Shown here: positions 1-10,206 of the stretch, in pieces
How the letters are laid out: each line of letters starts with the position of its first letter
Position numbering within the stretch: position 1 is the stretch's first letter
Assembly: GCA_963724765.1 (NCBI GenBank)
Contig: CAVRVY010000003.1
Span: 1,088,001-1,152,000 of the forward strand
Source of the DNA: an uncultured delta proteobacterium
Lineage (GTDB): Bacteria; Desulfobacterota; Binatia; Binatales; Binataceae
Reading direction: 5' to 3'
Length of the DNA stretch: 64,000 nt
The notes under the pieces: model-generated
The model's input: the letters and a program-made list of their open reading frames with translations, nothing else
Told to the model about the DNA's origin: nothing
Databases searched by the model: none
Position numbers and translations under genes: made by a program

Positions 1-116
1 CGCGTGAATTAACAGAACGAATCCATCGCGGCTCGCGCGCTGACCGACCGGCTCTTACGCGCCTGAATTTTTTTCGTGGCGGTCGAGCCTGAAGGGGGTT
101 CGAGAAGCGCTCGGGG

Positions 117-1415
117 TCATGGCTCCAGCCGTTCCATCATCCGCGGAAACGGAATCGTCTCGCGGATATGATGCAGCCCGCAGAGCCACGCCACCACCCG
201 CTCGATTCCCATTCCGAACCCGGCGTGGGGCACCGAGCCGTAGCGCCTCAGATCGAGGTACCAGTTGAGCGGCTCGATGGGCAGGCCGTGCTCGACGATG
301 CGGGCGCGGAGCGTTCCGTAGTCGTCCTCGCGCTGGCCGCCGCCGATAATCTCGCCGTAGCCCTCGGGCGCCAGCATGTCGACGCAGAGCGCCACCTCGG
401 GACGCTCGGGGTCGCGCTTCATGTAGAACGCCTTACACTCGGCCGGGTAGCGATGAACCATCACGGGGCGGTCGAACTCGGCGGAGAGCGCCGTTTCCTC
501 GTCGCCGCCAAGGTCGTCGCCCCATTTGACGGCCAACCCCTTGGCCTTGAGCCGCTCGATTGCCTCGTCGTACGAAATTCGCGGGTAGGGCGTCGCCGCC
601 GCGCGCCTGAGCGGCTCGAGGTCGCGCTCGAGCGTGGCCAGGTCCGCCGCACGCCGCTCGAGCACGCGACCCACGATGTAGCTGACGAAGTCCTCGGCAA
701 GCTGCATGTCCTCGACCAGGGTGTAGAAAGCGACCTCCGGCTCGACCATCCAGAACTCGGTCAGATGGCGCCGCGTCTTGGACTTCTCGGCGCGGAAGGT
801 GGGGCCGAAGCAGTAGACCTTGCCCAATGCGAGCGCTCCGGCCTCGGCGTAGAGCTGGCCGCTTTGCGTGAGATAGGCCTTGCGCTCGCCGAAGTAATCG
901 ATTTCGAAAAGATTGGTGGTGCCCTCGCACGAGGTCGGGGTCAGGATCGGCGCGTCGAACAATACAAAGCCGCGCTCATGAAAGAACTGGCGCGCGGCGG
1001 AGGCGACCTCGTCGCGTACCCGCAGGATCGCGTGCTGGCGCGCCGAGCGCACCCACAGATGGCGCAGGTCGAGCAGGAAGGCGACTCCGTGCTCCTTGGG
1101 TGTGATCGGATAGTCGGTTGCGGATGCGTAAACTTTGAAACGCTTGACCGTCAGCTCGAAGCCGCCCGGCGCGCGCTTGTCTTCGCGCACCACGCCGGTC
1201 ACCTCGAGCGAGGTCTCCTGCCCGAGATGGTCGGCAGCGGCGAACGAGTCGGCGCCGACTTCATTGAGCAAGGCGACGCATTGGCAAACTCCGGTGCCGT
1301 CGCGCAGCAGCAGGAAGTGGATCTTGCCGCTCGAGCGGCGGTTGTAAAGCCATCCCTTGAGCGTCACTTCGTCGCCCACGTGATGGCCCAGTTCGTCGAT
1401 ATAGACCCACGCCAT
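117..1415 (-). CDS. asnS: Asparagine--tRNA ligase
   Basis: OB-fold N-terminus, class II aaRS motifs [49 protein letters not shown]. Confidence 0.95.
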   Translation of the reverse strand: MAWVYIDELGHHVGDEVTLKGWLYNRRSSGKIHFLLLRDGTGVCQCVALLNEVGADSFAAADHLGQETSLEVTGVVREDKRAPGGFELTVKRFKVYASATDYPITPKEHGVAFLLDLRHLWVRSARQHAILRVRDEVASAARQFFHERGFVLFDAPILTPTSCEGTTNLFEIDYFGERKAYLTQSGQLYAEAGALALGKVYCFGPTFRAEKSKTRRHLTEFWMVEPEVAFYTLVEDMQLAEDFVSYIVGRVLERRAADLATLERDLEPLRRAAATPYPRISYDEAIERLKAKGLAVKWGDDLGGDEETALSAEFDRPVMVHRYPAECKAFYMKRDPERPEVALCVDMLAPEGYGEIIGGGQREDDYGTLRARIVEHGLPIEPLNWYLDLRRYGSVPHAGFGMGIERVVAWLCGLHHIRETIPFPRMMERLEP

Positions 1416-1582
1416 GGAGCTATTTAAGCAGATTGACGCACATTGGCGAGCGCCGGCGATCGGGGCCTGCAGCTCGTTTGCGCAACGCGGTCCTCACGGC
1501 AGTTTTATGCGCGCGCGGCCTTGATGCCGTCGCTCGGGGAACGTTGTTGGGGTGCCTTGTCGCTGATAGGGTTTGACGCGGT

Positions 1583-2152
1583 ATGAACGGGCTCGACTAT
1601 CTGATTCTGGCGGCGATTGGACTAGGCGCGATCTTTGGGGCAGCGCGCGGAATTCTCCGAATCGCTTCGTCGCTGATCGCGCTGGTCGCGGCGGTGTACC
1701 TGGCCGCGCTCTACTACCAGGCGGCCGGCGCGTACCTTGCGCGCGCGTTCTCGATGCGGCCTGCGACCGGCGCGACGCTAGGCTACATCATCGTCTTCAT
1801 TGCCGTGATGGTCATCGTGGCGTGGGGCGGCGCGAAACTCGCCGAGCTTGTTCGCGCCTTGCACATGAGTTGGGTTGACCGGCTCGGGGGCGCGGTGGTT
1901 GGCGCGGCGCTCGGCGCGTTGTTGGCGGGTTTAATCGTGGTGGTCGCGACCGTTACGATGCCGGCCGACACGCCTTTGGTCCGGCAATCGCAGCTTGCGC
2001 CGCGGGTGCTGGACTACAGCCATAACCTGGCGGCCTTCGTCCCCGCGCAGGTGCGCGACGCGTATTACTATCGCGAGGCCCAGCTCATCACGTACTGGAA
2101 TCAGCATAAAGCGCCGCCCGAGCCCGCATCGGGGCCCGCGGCGACGCCATAG
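1583..2152 (+). CDS. cvpA: CvpA (colicin V production) family membrane protein
   Basis: MNGLDYLIL start, ~4 TM helices, LHMSWVDRLGGAVVG motif, SQLAP C-terminal motif. Confidence 0.85.
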   Translation: MNGLDYLILAAIGLGAIFGAARGILRIASSLIALVAAVYLAALYYQAAGAYLARAFSMRPATGATLGYIIVFIAVMVIVAWGGAKLAELVRALHMSWVDRLGGAVVGAALGALLAGLIVVVATVTMPADTPLVRQSQLAPRVLDYSHNLAAFVPAQVRDAYYYREAQLITYWNQHKAPPEPASGPAATP

Positions 2153-2194
2153 CAAATCGGATTGCGGTAAATCGGATCTGGATGGTTGGCGCGG

Positions 2195-2527
2195 TTACGC
2201 GAGCGCGCTGTCGACCGCTTTCACCAGATGGCTCTTCGGCACTGCGCCGACGATCTGTTCCTTGACCTGACCGCTCCTGATGATCAGAAGATTGGGAATT
2301 CCGCGGACCCCGTAACGCGCCGGCGTTTCCGGATTGTCGTCGACGTTTATCTTCACCACCTTGAGCCGGCCGGCATACTCGCCCGCCAACTCCTCGATGA
2401 GTGGAGCGATGGCGCGGCAGGGCGCGCACCACGGTGCCCAAAAATCGATCAGCACCGCCTTGTCGGACTTCAGGACTTCCTGGTCGAAGTTCGCGTCGGT
2501 GACATGGTTCACTAACTCACTGGCCAT
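2195..2527 (-). CDS. trxA: Thioredoxin
   Basis: 110 aa, DFWAPWCAPC active site, GVRGIPNL. Confidence 0.95.
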   Translation of the reverse strand: MASELVNHVTDANFDQEVLKSDKAVLIDFWAPWCAPCRAIAPLIEELAGEYAGRLKVVKINVDDNPETPARYGVRGIPNLLIIRSGQVKEQIVGAVPKSHLVKAVDSALA

Positions 2528-2736
2528 CGCAACTTTGCTCCTTACCGTTACGTTACACCTTAAAGCTCGCTACAGTTTAAGGCTAAGGACCCCCAGCCGG
2601 GCAGTCAAGGCGCAATCTCTGTTGCGGTCGTGGCGCTTTACGGGCGCGCGCAAGCTCGCAGTTGACACCTTGCAATCGCGCGGCGTTGAATCGTGCCATA
2701 ATGGCACGCTCGAGAGGAACGGCTGAGAGTTGCCGC

Positions 2737-3834
2737 ATGCGCGCGATGGCTGCCGTGGTTGCCATCGTGGTCCTGATAGCCGCAGGCGCGGTGATCGTGC
2801 GTGCCGCGATCGAGCGGGTCGGCGCGCCGGCGCCCGACTTCACCTGCGAGCCATGTCTTAACCACGCGCCGTTCAAGCTGAGCGACCTTCGCGGCAAGGT
2901 CGTGCTGGTCGACTTCTGGGAGTATACCTGCATCAATTGCATTCGTACGTTTCCCTTCCTGCGGCGCTGGGACACGCTCTACCGTCCGCTGGGACTGGTG
3001 ATCGTCGGTGTGCACACGCCCGAGTTCGAGTTCGCCAAGAATCCCGAGCGGGTCGCCGACGCCACCAGGCGCTTCGGCTTCGATTTTCCGGTAGCGATCG
3101 ATAGCGATTACAAAATCTGGTACGCCTTTCACAACGAAGGTTGGCCGGCCGATTACCTTATCGACAAGGACGGCAACGTCGCTTATACGCACATGGGCGA
3201 GGGCGAGTACGGCGACTTCGAGCAGAAGATTCAGGGGCTGCTCAAGCAGGCCAATCCGACGCTCAACTTCAACCAGCCCAGGTATAAGATTCCGGACGAC
3301 GAGAACGTCGAGCTCGGCGGCGGTGTCTGTATGCGCGCCACGCCGGAGACTTACCTGGGCTTCGCCCGCAGCATCAACATCGCGAACCCCGGCGGAGAGA
3401 ACCGCACCCGTCAGAGCGTCTATGCGGCGCCGGCCGAAATCCCGCTTGACGATTTTGCGCTCAATGGAAGGTGGCTCGCGGCGGCCGAGTACGTTCGTCA
3501 CGCCGAGGGCGCCAGGCCGCCTGGGGATTCGGTCGCGCTGCACTATCGCGCCAAGTCGGTCTACCTGGTGGCTGGGTCGGATGACTCGAAACTCCGGCGG
3601 CTCTACTTAACGCAGGACGGCAGGCCGTTAGCCAAGGCAGCGTGGGGAGTCGACGTGCGCGCCGGCAGCGACGGCCGGACCTACGTCGGGCTTGCCGGCA
3701 AACGGATGTATTATCTCGTGAACAACAGCGAGTTCGGCGGCCATCTGCTGCAGCTCTACGCGGCGGAGCCGAGCCTCTCACTCTATTCGTTCACTTTCGG
3801 CAATAACTGCGAGAACAAGTTCGCCCATCGTTGA
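2737..3834 (+). CDS. Exported redoxin (TlpA-like) with DipZ-type C-terminal domain
   Basis: Signal/anchor helix, DFWEYTCINCIRT, GVHTPEFEF, TPETYLG; no CcdA membrane domain. Start uncertain (2737 or 2746). Confidence 0.8.
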   Translation: MRAMAAVVAIVVLIAAGAVIVRAAIERVGAPAPDFTCEPCLNHAPFKLSDLRGKVVLVDFWEYTCINCIRTFPFLRRWDTLYRPLGLVIVGVHTPEFEFAKNPERVADATRRFGFDFPVAIDSDYKIWYAFHNEGWPADYLIDKDGNVAYTHMGEGEYGDFEQKIQGLLKQANPTLNFNQPRYKIPDDENVELGGGVCMRATPETYLGFARSINIANPGGENRTRQSVYAAPAEIPLDDFALNGRWLAAAEYVRHAEGARPPGDSVALHYRAKSVYLVAGSDDSKLRRLYLTQDGRPLAKAAWGVDVRAGSDGRTYVGLAGKRMYYLVNNSEFGGHLLQLYAAEPSLSLYSFTFGNNCENKFAHR

Positions 3835-4017
3835 AGGCGGCGGACGTTCCGCCTCGATTGCGACAGCCCCGCGATTCCAGTCGGCGCAGGTTCTGAGTTT
3901 TCCTGTCCCAATTTTGAGTTCGGAACGGCTCTTTGGTGGATTATGACGTATTTTCATACATTTAGGAGTCTATAGACACTAATTTGCCGCTGGTGCAGTA
4001 TACTCATCACAAAGGCG

Positions 4018-4452
4018 ATGGCATCCCGAGCAGTTGGAGAAGAACTGGTCTATCCCTCGCTGGCTGCGGCCCTTCTGACCGCGGCATTCGTGCTGTTGCT
4101 CAGCGGCACCGTTGGAAATTTCCTGATGGAGCGAGATGCGGTGGAGCGCTTCGTCCGCGACTGGCTGCCGATCCTGCCGCCGTTCCTGCAGGCGCTTCCT
4201 CCCTGGGCGCGCGAGGCGCCATTTATCTTTGGCGGTATCGCACTGCTTGCGATCGTGACGGTGCGGCTGCTCGCGGGCGTCCTGCCGGCGGTGGCGCTCT
4301 ATCTGCTGTCTGTGGCCGTTGCCTGTGCAGTGATGCTTCTGGTGCCGCCGACGCGTCTGCCGGCGGACGCCGAGGACTGGGTATTTTTCAGCTATGTGGT
4401 CCTGGCGGCCTTTGTAGGTGGAGCACCGAAACCTTACGAAGATCAAATTTAG
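4018..4452 (+). CDS. Hypothetical membrane protein (~4 TM)
   Basis: 144-aa ORF with four hydrophobic segments; no recognised family. Confidence 0.6.
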   Translation: MASRAVGEELVYPSLAAALLTAAFVLLLSGTVGNFLMERDAVERFVRDWLPILPPFLQALPPWAREAPFIFGGIALLAIVTVRLLAGVLPAVALYLLSVAVACAVMLLVPPTRLPADAEDWVFFSYVVLAAFVGGAPKPYEDQI

Positions 4453-4660
4453 GCAAGAGCGGATTCAATTGAGATCCCGATCTGTTCGCGCCGCCGCGTC
4501 GTGCGTCAGCTTGACAGCGATGGCGGCCTCGTGGTCTACCAGCGGAATCGAGCCCGGCAGCCTCCAGTAGCAACATTGACCGGCGCCAGCGTATTCCCGG
4601 AGAAGCCAACCGGCTTAGGGAATCGACGCCTGCGGCAGACCGGATAAGAGGAGAGATGAG

Positions 4661-5746
4661 ATGAAAGCCGCCATATTTCATGGACCCCATCAGCCACTCA
4701 GCATCGAGGAAATCCAGATCGATGAGCCACGCGAACGCGAGGTGCTGGTGCGCACGGTTGCAACCGGCGTGTGCCATAGCGACCTCCACTTCGTCGAGGG
4801 CCTGTGGCCTCATCCCGCGCCCGCCGTGCTTGGCCACGAGGCCGCCGGTATCGTCGAGCGGGTCGGCTCGGAAGTCACATATCTGAAGGCGGGCGATCAC
4901 GTGATCTCGTGTCCGTCGGTCTTCTGCGGCTACTGCAAGCAGTGCATCTCGGGTCATCCGTACAGCTGCACCAACCGTCCCGCGGTCAGGCGCGCCAAGG
5001 GCGACAAGCCGCGGTTGTCCAAGGGCGGCGCGATGATTCGCCAGTTCAGCGACCTCTCGACCTACGCCGAGAAAATGCTGCTGCACGAGAACGCGCTGGT
5101 GAAGATTCGCGACGACATGCCGCTCGATCGCGCCGCGCTCATCGGATGCGGCGTGACCACCGGCGTCGGCGCCGCACTCAACACGGCCAAGGTCGAGCCG
5201 GGCTCGACGGTGGCGGTCTTTGGCGCGGGCGGGATCGGACTTTCCGCGATCCAGGGTGCGCGGATCGCCGGCGCGGCGATGATCATCGCGGTGGACATGT
5301 TCGAGCACAAGCTCGCGACCGCCAAGCGGTTCGGCGCGACTCATACGGTTGACGCGTCATCGACCGATCCGGTCGAGGCGATCCAAAAACTGACCGACGG
5401 CGGAGTCGATTACTCGTTCGAGGCGATCGGGCTGAAAAAAGCCGCCGAGCAGTGTTTCGAGGCCTTGGCGCCCCGCGGCACCGCGACCGTAATTGGCATG
5501 ATCCCGGTGGGGCAGAAGGTCGAAATCGACGGTCCCAAGCTGCTCACCGAACGCCGGATCCAGGGCTCGCTGATGGGCTCGAACCGCTTTCGCATCGACA
5601 TGCCGCGATACATCGATTTCTACCTGCAGGGCCGGCTCAACCTCGACGACATGATCTCGCGCCGCGGCAAGCTCGAGGACGTGAACGAGGCGTTCCGAGC
5701 AATGAAGGCCGGCGAGGTATCGCGCACGGTTTTGATGTTCGAGTGA
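4661..5746 (+). CDS. Zn-dependent alcohol dehydrogenase (class III/FDH-like MDR)
   Basis: GVCHSD, GHEAAG, structural Zn CGYCKQC...C, GAGGIG; RBS GAGGAG. Confidence 0.92.
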   Translation: MKAAIFHGPHQPLSIEEIQIDEPREREVLVRTVATGVCHSDLHFVEGLWPHPAPAVLGHEAAGIVERVGSEVTYLKAGDHVISCPSVFCGYCKQCISGHPYSCTNRPAVRRAKGDKPRLSKGGAMIRQFSDLSTYAEKMLLHENALVKIRDDMPLDRAALIGCGVTTGVGAALNTAKVEPGSTVAVFGAGGIGLSAIQGARIAGAAMIIAVDMFEHKLATAKRFGATHTVDASSTDPVEAIQKLTDGGVDYSFEAIGLKKAAEQCFEALAPRGTATVIGMIPVGQKVEIDGPKLLTERRIQGSLMGSNRFRIDMPRYIDFYLQGRLNLDDMISRRGKLEDVNEAFRAMKAGEVSRTVLMFE

Positions 5747-5796
5747 TTCTCCGCAGACTCCGCTCGGAAGAAGAAGGGTCGTTCGCGAATGGCCCC

Positions 5797-6012
5797 TTGC
5801 TGATCGAGCGCTTCGAGGCTGAACGCTACTCGCTGAGCGACGCCTCGCCGGTCGAGGTTTTGCGGGAATTGATCGAAGCGCGTGGGATGAAACTTGCCGG
5901 CCTCGCCGCGTTAATCGGCTCCAAGGGCGTGGCGTTGGAGATTCTGAGCGGCAAGCGTGGCCTCAGTAAGTCCAATATCAAACGCCTCGCCGAATACTTC
6001 CGCGTTTCGCCC
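5797..6012 (+). pseudogene. HigA-type antitoxin HTH fragment
   Basis: LLIERFEAERY...PVEVLRELIEARGMK...IGSKGVALEILSGKRGLSKSNIKRLAEYFRVSP resembles the HigA C-terminal half; N-terminus and native stop appear lost, no toxin adjacent. Confidence 0.65.
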
Positions 6013-6101
6013 GTTTCTGTAAGACCCAACGCATTTTTGCTCGCGTCCTCAACACCGTGTACCTTTCGTCCTGGGCAAACCAATCCAGTAGGGGGACGCA
6101 G

Positions 6102-6953
6102 ATGGAATACTTGCTGTACATGTCGACTACCGAACAGATCATCACCGTTACGGTGGTTTTTTCCGGACTAAGTGTTCTGGGGCTCTACATCGTGCGGATC
6201 CTGGTGCCGCTCGAGACGTTGAAGAAGAATCATGAGGTGGCGGGTTTCACGTTTGGAGTGTTGGGCGCCTTCTATGGTTTGCTGCTGGCGTTCGTGATCG
6301 TGGCGGCCTGGGAACGCTTCGATCGGGCCAGCGCGAACGTTCAGGAGGAAGGGGTCGCACTGATCTCTTTGTACCGGCTATCCAAGGGCTTCTCCGCGCC
6401 TGCCGCCAGCGACATGCAGCATACGATCCGTGCGTATACCCATCGGTTGATCGACGTCGAGTGGCCGGCGATGGCGAACTCGAATTTCGCCGGCATCGAT
6501 GACTCACTTGGTACGTTGCCTCTGTGGCAAATTGTCGCGACTTACAAGTCCGACGATCCGCGCCAAACGCTGCTGGTCGATAAGAGTTTTGACCAGCTTT
6601 CAAAGCTCACCGAAGAGACCAGCCTGCGGTATCTATATTCGAGAGAGAACCTGCCGTCGGTGGTGTGGCTGGTGATTTACGCCGGACTGCTGATCACGAT
6701 CGGGTTCAGCTACTTCTTCGGGCTGGAGACCTTCTTTTCGCAGGCGCTTATGTGCGGGGTTTTCTCCACCCTTCTGGGCTTGACCATTCTTGCGATACTC
6801 GAGCTCGCGCATCCCTACCAGGGAACTGTCGTAGTGTCTTCGCAACCGCTCGAATATGCGCTCTCGCGCATGGACGACATGGACAAGGTTGCGGGTGCCG
6901 GCCTCCATCAGGATCCGCCCAGCCCGCAGTTAAGTCCTCTAACAGCCCGCTGA
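6102..6953 (+). CDS. DUF4239-type membrane protein
   Basis: NHEVAGFTFGVLGAFYGLLLAFVIVAAWERF, EWPAM, ELAHPYQG motifs; RBS GGGGG before ATG 6102. Confidence 0.75.
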   Translation: MEYLLYMSTTEQIITVTVVFSGLSVLGLYIVRILVPLETLKKNHEVAGFTFGVLGAFYGLLLAFVIVAAWERFDRASANVQEEGVALISLYRLSKGFSAPAASDMQHTIRAYTHRLIDVEWPAMANSNFAGIDDSLGTLPLWQIVATYKSDDPRQTLLVDKSFDQLSKLTEETSLRYLYSRENLPSVVWLVIYAGLLITIGFSYFFGLETFFSQALMCGVFSTLLGLTILAILELAHPYQGTVVVSSQPLEYALSRMDDMDKVAGAGLHQDPPSPQLSPLTAR

Positions 6954-6975
6954 ATGACCCGTAACGCGCGCCACG

Positions 6976-7848
6976 TCAGACCAGGCGCATCTCTTTCATC
7001 AGCGCGTGCAGCTTCTCGGCCGGGCCGGGCGACATCGGCGTAAGCGGCATCCGCATCTCGGCCGTACACTTGCCCATGAAGGCGAGCGCTTGTTTGACCG
7101 GGATCGGATTGGTCTCGACAAAGATCGCGCGCACCAGCGGCAGCAGCTTGTAATGCAACTCGCGCGCGCGTGCGTAATCGCCCGCCAGTGCCGCCGCCGC
7201 CAACTCATGCGTCTCGCGCGGCATGATGTTGCTGACGGTTGCGATCACGCCCTTGCCTCCGAGCGCCATCAGCGGCAGCGTGAGTGAGTCGTCGCCCGAC
7301 AGGATGGTCAGCCGGTCGCCGCACAGCCGGCGGATGTCGGAGATCTGATCCATCGAGCCCGAGGCTTCTTTGATGCCGACGATATTGCGGATCTCGCACA
7401 GGCGGGCGAAAGTTTCGGGCGCGATGTTGGAGGCGGTGCGTCCGGGGATGTTGTAGACGATGAGCGGCAGATCGACCGCGCCCGCAACCATCTTGTAGTG
7501 CCTGAAGATGCCGTCCTGGGTGGGCTTGTTGTAATACGGCGAGATCATCAATGCGCCATCGGCGCCGGCCTCGCGCGCGGAGGCGGTCAGACGGATTGCC
7601 TCCGCGGTCGAGTTGGAGCCGGTGCCGGCCACCACCGGCACGCGCTTGCGCGTCTGATGGATGACGATCCTGATCACCTGCTCGTGCTCGGAGTGCGTGA
7701 GCGTAGCCGACTCGCCGGTTGAGCCGCACGGCACCAGGCCGTCGACGCCGCCCTGGATCTGAAACTCGACCATCTCGCGCAGCGCCTGCTCGTCGACCTC
7801 GCCGTCGCGAAAAGGGGTTACTAAAGCCGTCAGTGCTCCATTGAACAT
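6976..7848 (-). CDS. dapA: 4-hydroxy-tetrahydrodipicolinate synthase
   Basis: TALVTPF, GSTGESATL, YNIPGRT, GIKEASG, ETNPIPVK. Confidence 0.96.
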   Translation of the reverse strand: MFNGALTALVTPFRDGEVDEQALREMVEFQIQGGVDGLVPCGSTGESATLTHSEHEQVIRIVIHQTRKRVPVVAGTGSNSTAEAIRLTASAREAGADGALMISPYYNKPTQDGIFRHYKMVAGAVDLPLIVYNIPGRTASNIAPETFARLCEIRNIVGIKEASGSMDQISDIRRLCGDRLTILSGDDSLTLPLMALGGKGVIATVSNIMPRETHELAAAALAGDYARARELHYKLLPLVRAIFVETNPIPVKQALAFMGKCTAEMRMPLTPMSPGPAEKLHALMKEMRLV

Positions 7849-7864
7849 TGGTTCGCCTCCAGGC

Positions 7865-8776
7865 TCACCCGCCAACCGGCACGAGTTCGCCGTCGCCTAC
7901 TTCGACCTCGCCGCTGAACACTTCGACCGCTTCGCCGGTCATCATCACGTGGTTGGCGCTTTCGCCGCGCTCGCGCCATTCGATATCCAGCTTGCCGCCG
8001 CGCAACTCCAGCGTCGCGCGCCGCTCGGCCCGCCCGGTCAGCACGGCCGCGACCAGCGAGGCGCAGGCGCCCGTGCCGCAGGCGAGCGTCTCACCCGAGC
8101 CGCGCTCCCACACCCGCATCCGCAGCCGATCGCGCGAAAGCGGCAGGATGAACTCGGTGTTGACGCGGCGAGGGAAGAACGGATGATGCTCGAACTGGCG
8201 TCCGACGCGGGCGAACTCGGGGTCTTCCAGCGCGAAGACCGCCTCGTCGTCGACGAACACCACGCAATGCGGATTGCCCATCGAGACCGCGGTAATCCGC
8301 CAGGTGCGGCCGCCGGCTTCCAGCAGATGGTCGACGACGCGGCCGTCCGCGGCGACCGGGATTTCGCGCCCTTCGAGGATCGGCTCGCCCATGTCGACGG
8401 TCGCCTCGATGACGCGTCCGCCGTCGAGCTTCAATTCCACGGTCTTGAGCCCGCAGTCGGTCTCGACGACTATCGTATTTTGCGGATCGCGCTGGTTGCG
8501 CGGCCGCGCGGCGCGCTCGTAGTGCAGCCGCGCGACGCAGCGGATTCCGTTGCCGCACATCTCGCCGCGGCTGCCGTCGGCGTTGTACATCTCCATCCGC
8601 ACGTCGGCGCTTTTGGACGGCGCGAGCATGATCAGCCCGTCGCCGCCGATACCGAAGCGGCGGTCGGAGAGCCGCCGCGACATCGCGGCGGGATCGGCGG
8701 GACGCAGGCGGTCGGCGATGACGTAGATATAGTCGTTGCCGCAGCCGTGCATCTTGATGAAGCCGAGCTTCGCCAT
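7865..8776 (-). CDS. dapF: Diaminopimelate epimerase
   Basis: KMHGCGNDY, EMCGNGIRC, SMGNPH, ERGSGETLACGTG; ATG overlaps the lysA stop. Confidence 0.96.
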   Translation of the reverse strand: MAKLGFIKMHGCGNDYIYVIADRLRPADPAAMSRRLSDRRFGIGGDGLIMLAPSKSADVRMEMYNADGSRGEMCGNGIRCVARLHYERAARPRNQRDPQNTIVVETDCGLKTVELKLDGGRVIEATVDMGEPILEGREIPVAADGRVVDHLLEAGGRTWRITAVSMGNPHCVVFVDDEAVFALEDPEFARVGRQFEHHPFFPRRVNTEFILPLSRDRLRMRVWERGSGETLACGTGACASLVAAVLTGRAERRATLELRGGKLDIEWRERGESANHVMMTGEAVEVFSGEVEVGDGELVPVGG

Positions 8777-10044
8777 CAGGCGGGCCCTCCGGGCGGCAGG
8801 TTGACGATCTTTTCGCCGCGCACGAGGTCCTCGAAGCTCTCGCGCTCGCGCACCACGTGGGCCTCTGCGCCGTCGACCAGTATCTCCGGCGCGCGGGGGC
8901 GGCTGTTGTAGTTCGACGCCATCACGAAGCCGTAGGCGCCCGCGCTCATCACGGCCAGCAGGTCGCCGTCGCGCGGCTTGGGCATCTCGCGCTCGCGCGC
9001 GAAGAAATCCCCGCTCTCGCATACCGGTCCGACCACGTCGGCGGTTACGACCGAGCCGCCGGTGCGCCGATCGACCGGCAGTATCTGGTGGTAGGCCTCG
9101 TAAAGTATTGGCCGGATGAGATCGTTCATCGCGCCGTCGACCACGATGAAGCGCTTAACGTCGGTCTCTTTCACATAAAGCACGCGCGTCACCAGCGCGC
9201 CGGCATTGCCGACCAGCACGCGGCCCGGCTCGATAATCAGTTTCAGTCCGAGTCCGCGCAGCGGGCCGAGCAGCGCGGCCGCGTACTCCGAGGGCGGTGG
9301 CGGCTCTTCCTGGTACGGGATGCCCAGGCCGCCGCCGAGATCGAGGTAGCGCAGCGCCACGCCGCTCTCGCGGAGCGCCTTGACGATTATCGCGACCTTG
9401 TTGGCCGCCTCGGTGAACGGCGAAGTGTCGGTTATCTGAGATCCGATATGGGTGCTGAGCCCGACCAGCTCGAGGTCCGGGAGCGAGCGCGCCTCGGCAT
9501 AGTACTCGTGCACCTGGGCGAGCGGTATCCCGAACTTGCTGTCGCGATGGCCGGTCGAGATATGCGGATGGGTGCCAGGGTCGAGGTCGGGGTTGACCCG
9601 CAGGCTGACCGGGGCGCGCCGATGCATCCGGGCGGCGACGCTCGCCACGCGATGCAATTCGGGGCCGGACTCGACGTTGATCATCAGGATGCCCGCTTCG
9701 ATCGCGGCCTTCAACTCTTCGTCGGTCTTGCCCACGCCGGAAAAAACGATCTTGCCAGGCTCGGCGCCAGCCTTAAGGCACCGCATCAGCTCGCCTACCG
9801 ACACGATGTCGAAGCCCGAGCCCATCGCGGCGAACAGCTTGAGCACGCTGAGATTCGACAGCGCCTTCATCGCGTAGCAGATCAGATGGTCGGTGCCGGC
9901 GAAGGCCTCGTCCATGACGCGGTAGTGGCGGCGCAGCGTGCGCGTGCTGTAGACGTAAAATGGGGTGCCGAAACGCGCAGCGAGGTCCGAAACCGCAACC
10001 TCCTCAGCGAACAGCCGATTGTCCTTGTAAGCGAAGTAGTTCAT
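8776..10044 (-). CDS. lysA: Diaminopimelate decarboxylase
   Basis: YAMKA PLP lysine, HIGSQI, DLGGG, EPGR, GPVCESGD, SNYNSRPR. Confidence 0.96.
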   Translation of the reverse strand: MNYFAYKDNRLFAEEVAVSDLAARFGTPFYVYSTRTLRRHYRVMDEAFAGTDHLICYAMKALSNLSVLKLFAAMGSGFDIVSVGELMRCLKAGAEPGKIVFSGVGKTDEELKAAIEAGILMINVESGPELHRVASVAARMHRRAPVSLRVNPDLDPGTHPHISTGHRDSKFGIPLAQVHEYYAEARSLPDLELVGLSTHIGSQITDTSPFTEAANKVAIIVKALRESGVALRYLDLGGGLGIPYQEEPPPPSEYAAALLGPLRGLGLKLIIEPGRVLVGNAGALVTRVLYVKETDVKRFIVVDGAMNDLIRPILYEAYHQILPVDRRTGGSVVTADVVGPVCESGDFFAREREMPKPRDGDLLAVMSAGAYGFVMASNYNSRPRAPEILVDGAEAHVVRERESFEDLVRGEKIVNLPPGGPA

Positions 10045-10206
10045 GTGTGAGGCTCGCCCGCGGGGCGCATTGCGCGCGCGGCCGAGTAGCCATCGTTTTT
10101 ATCACAGGCGCGCCGAATCGATAAACCGGTGCGCGCCCATCTCATTTACCGATTGGTCCCATGATTGGTCCTGACGAGGCCCCGATGCCTCCTTTCGCGG
10201 CGCGGC

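Noticed and set aside
3942-3958. TATGA-N7-TCATA inverted repeat as an operator
   Set aside because: Only 5-bp arms in an AT-rich patch; could arise by chance.
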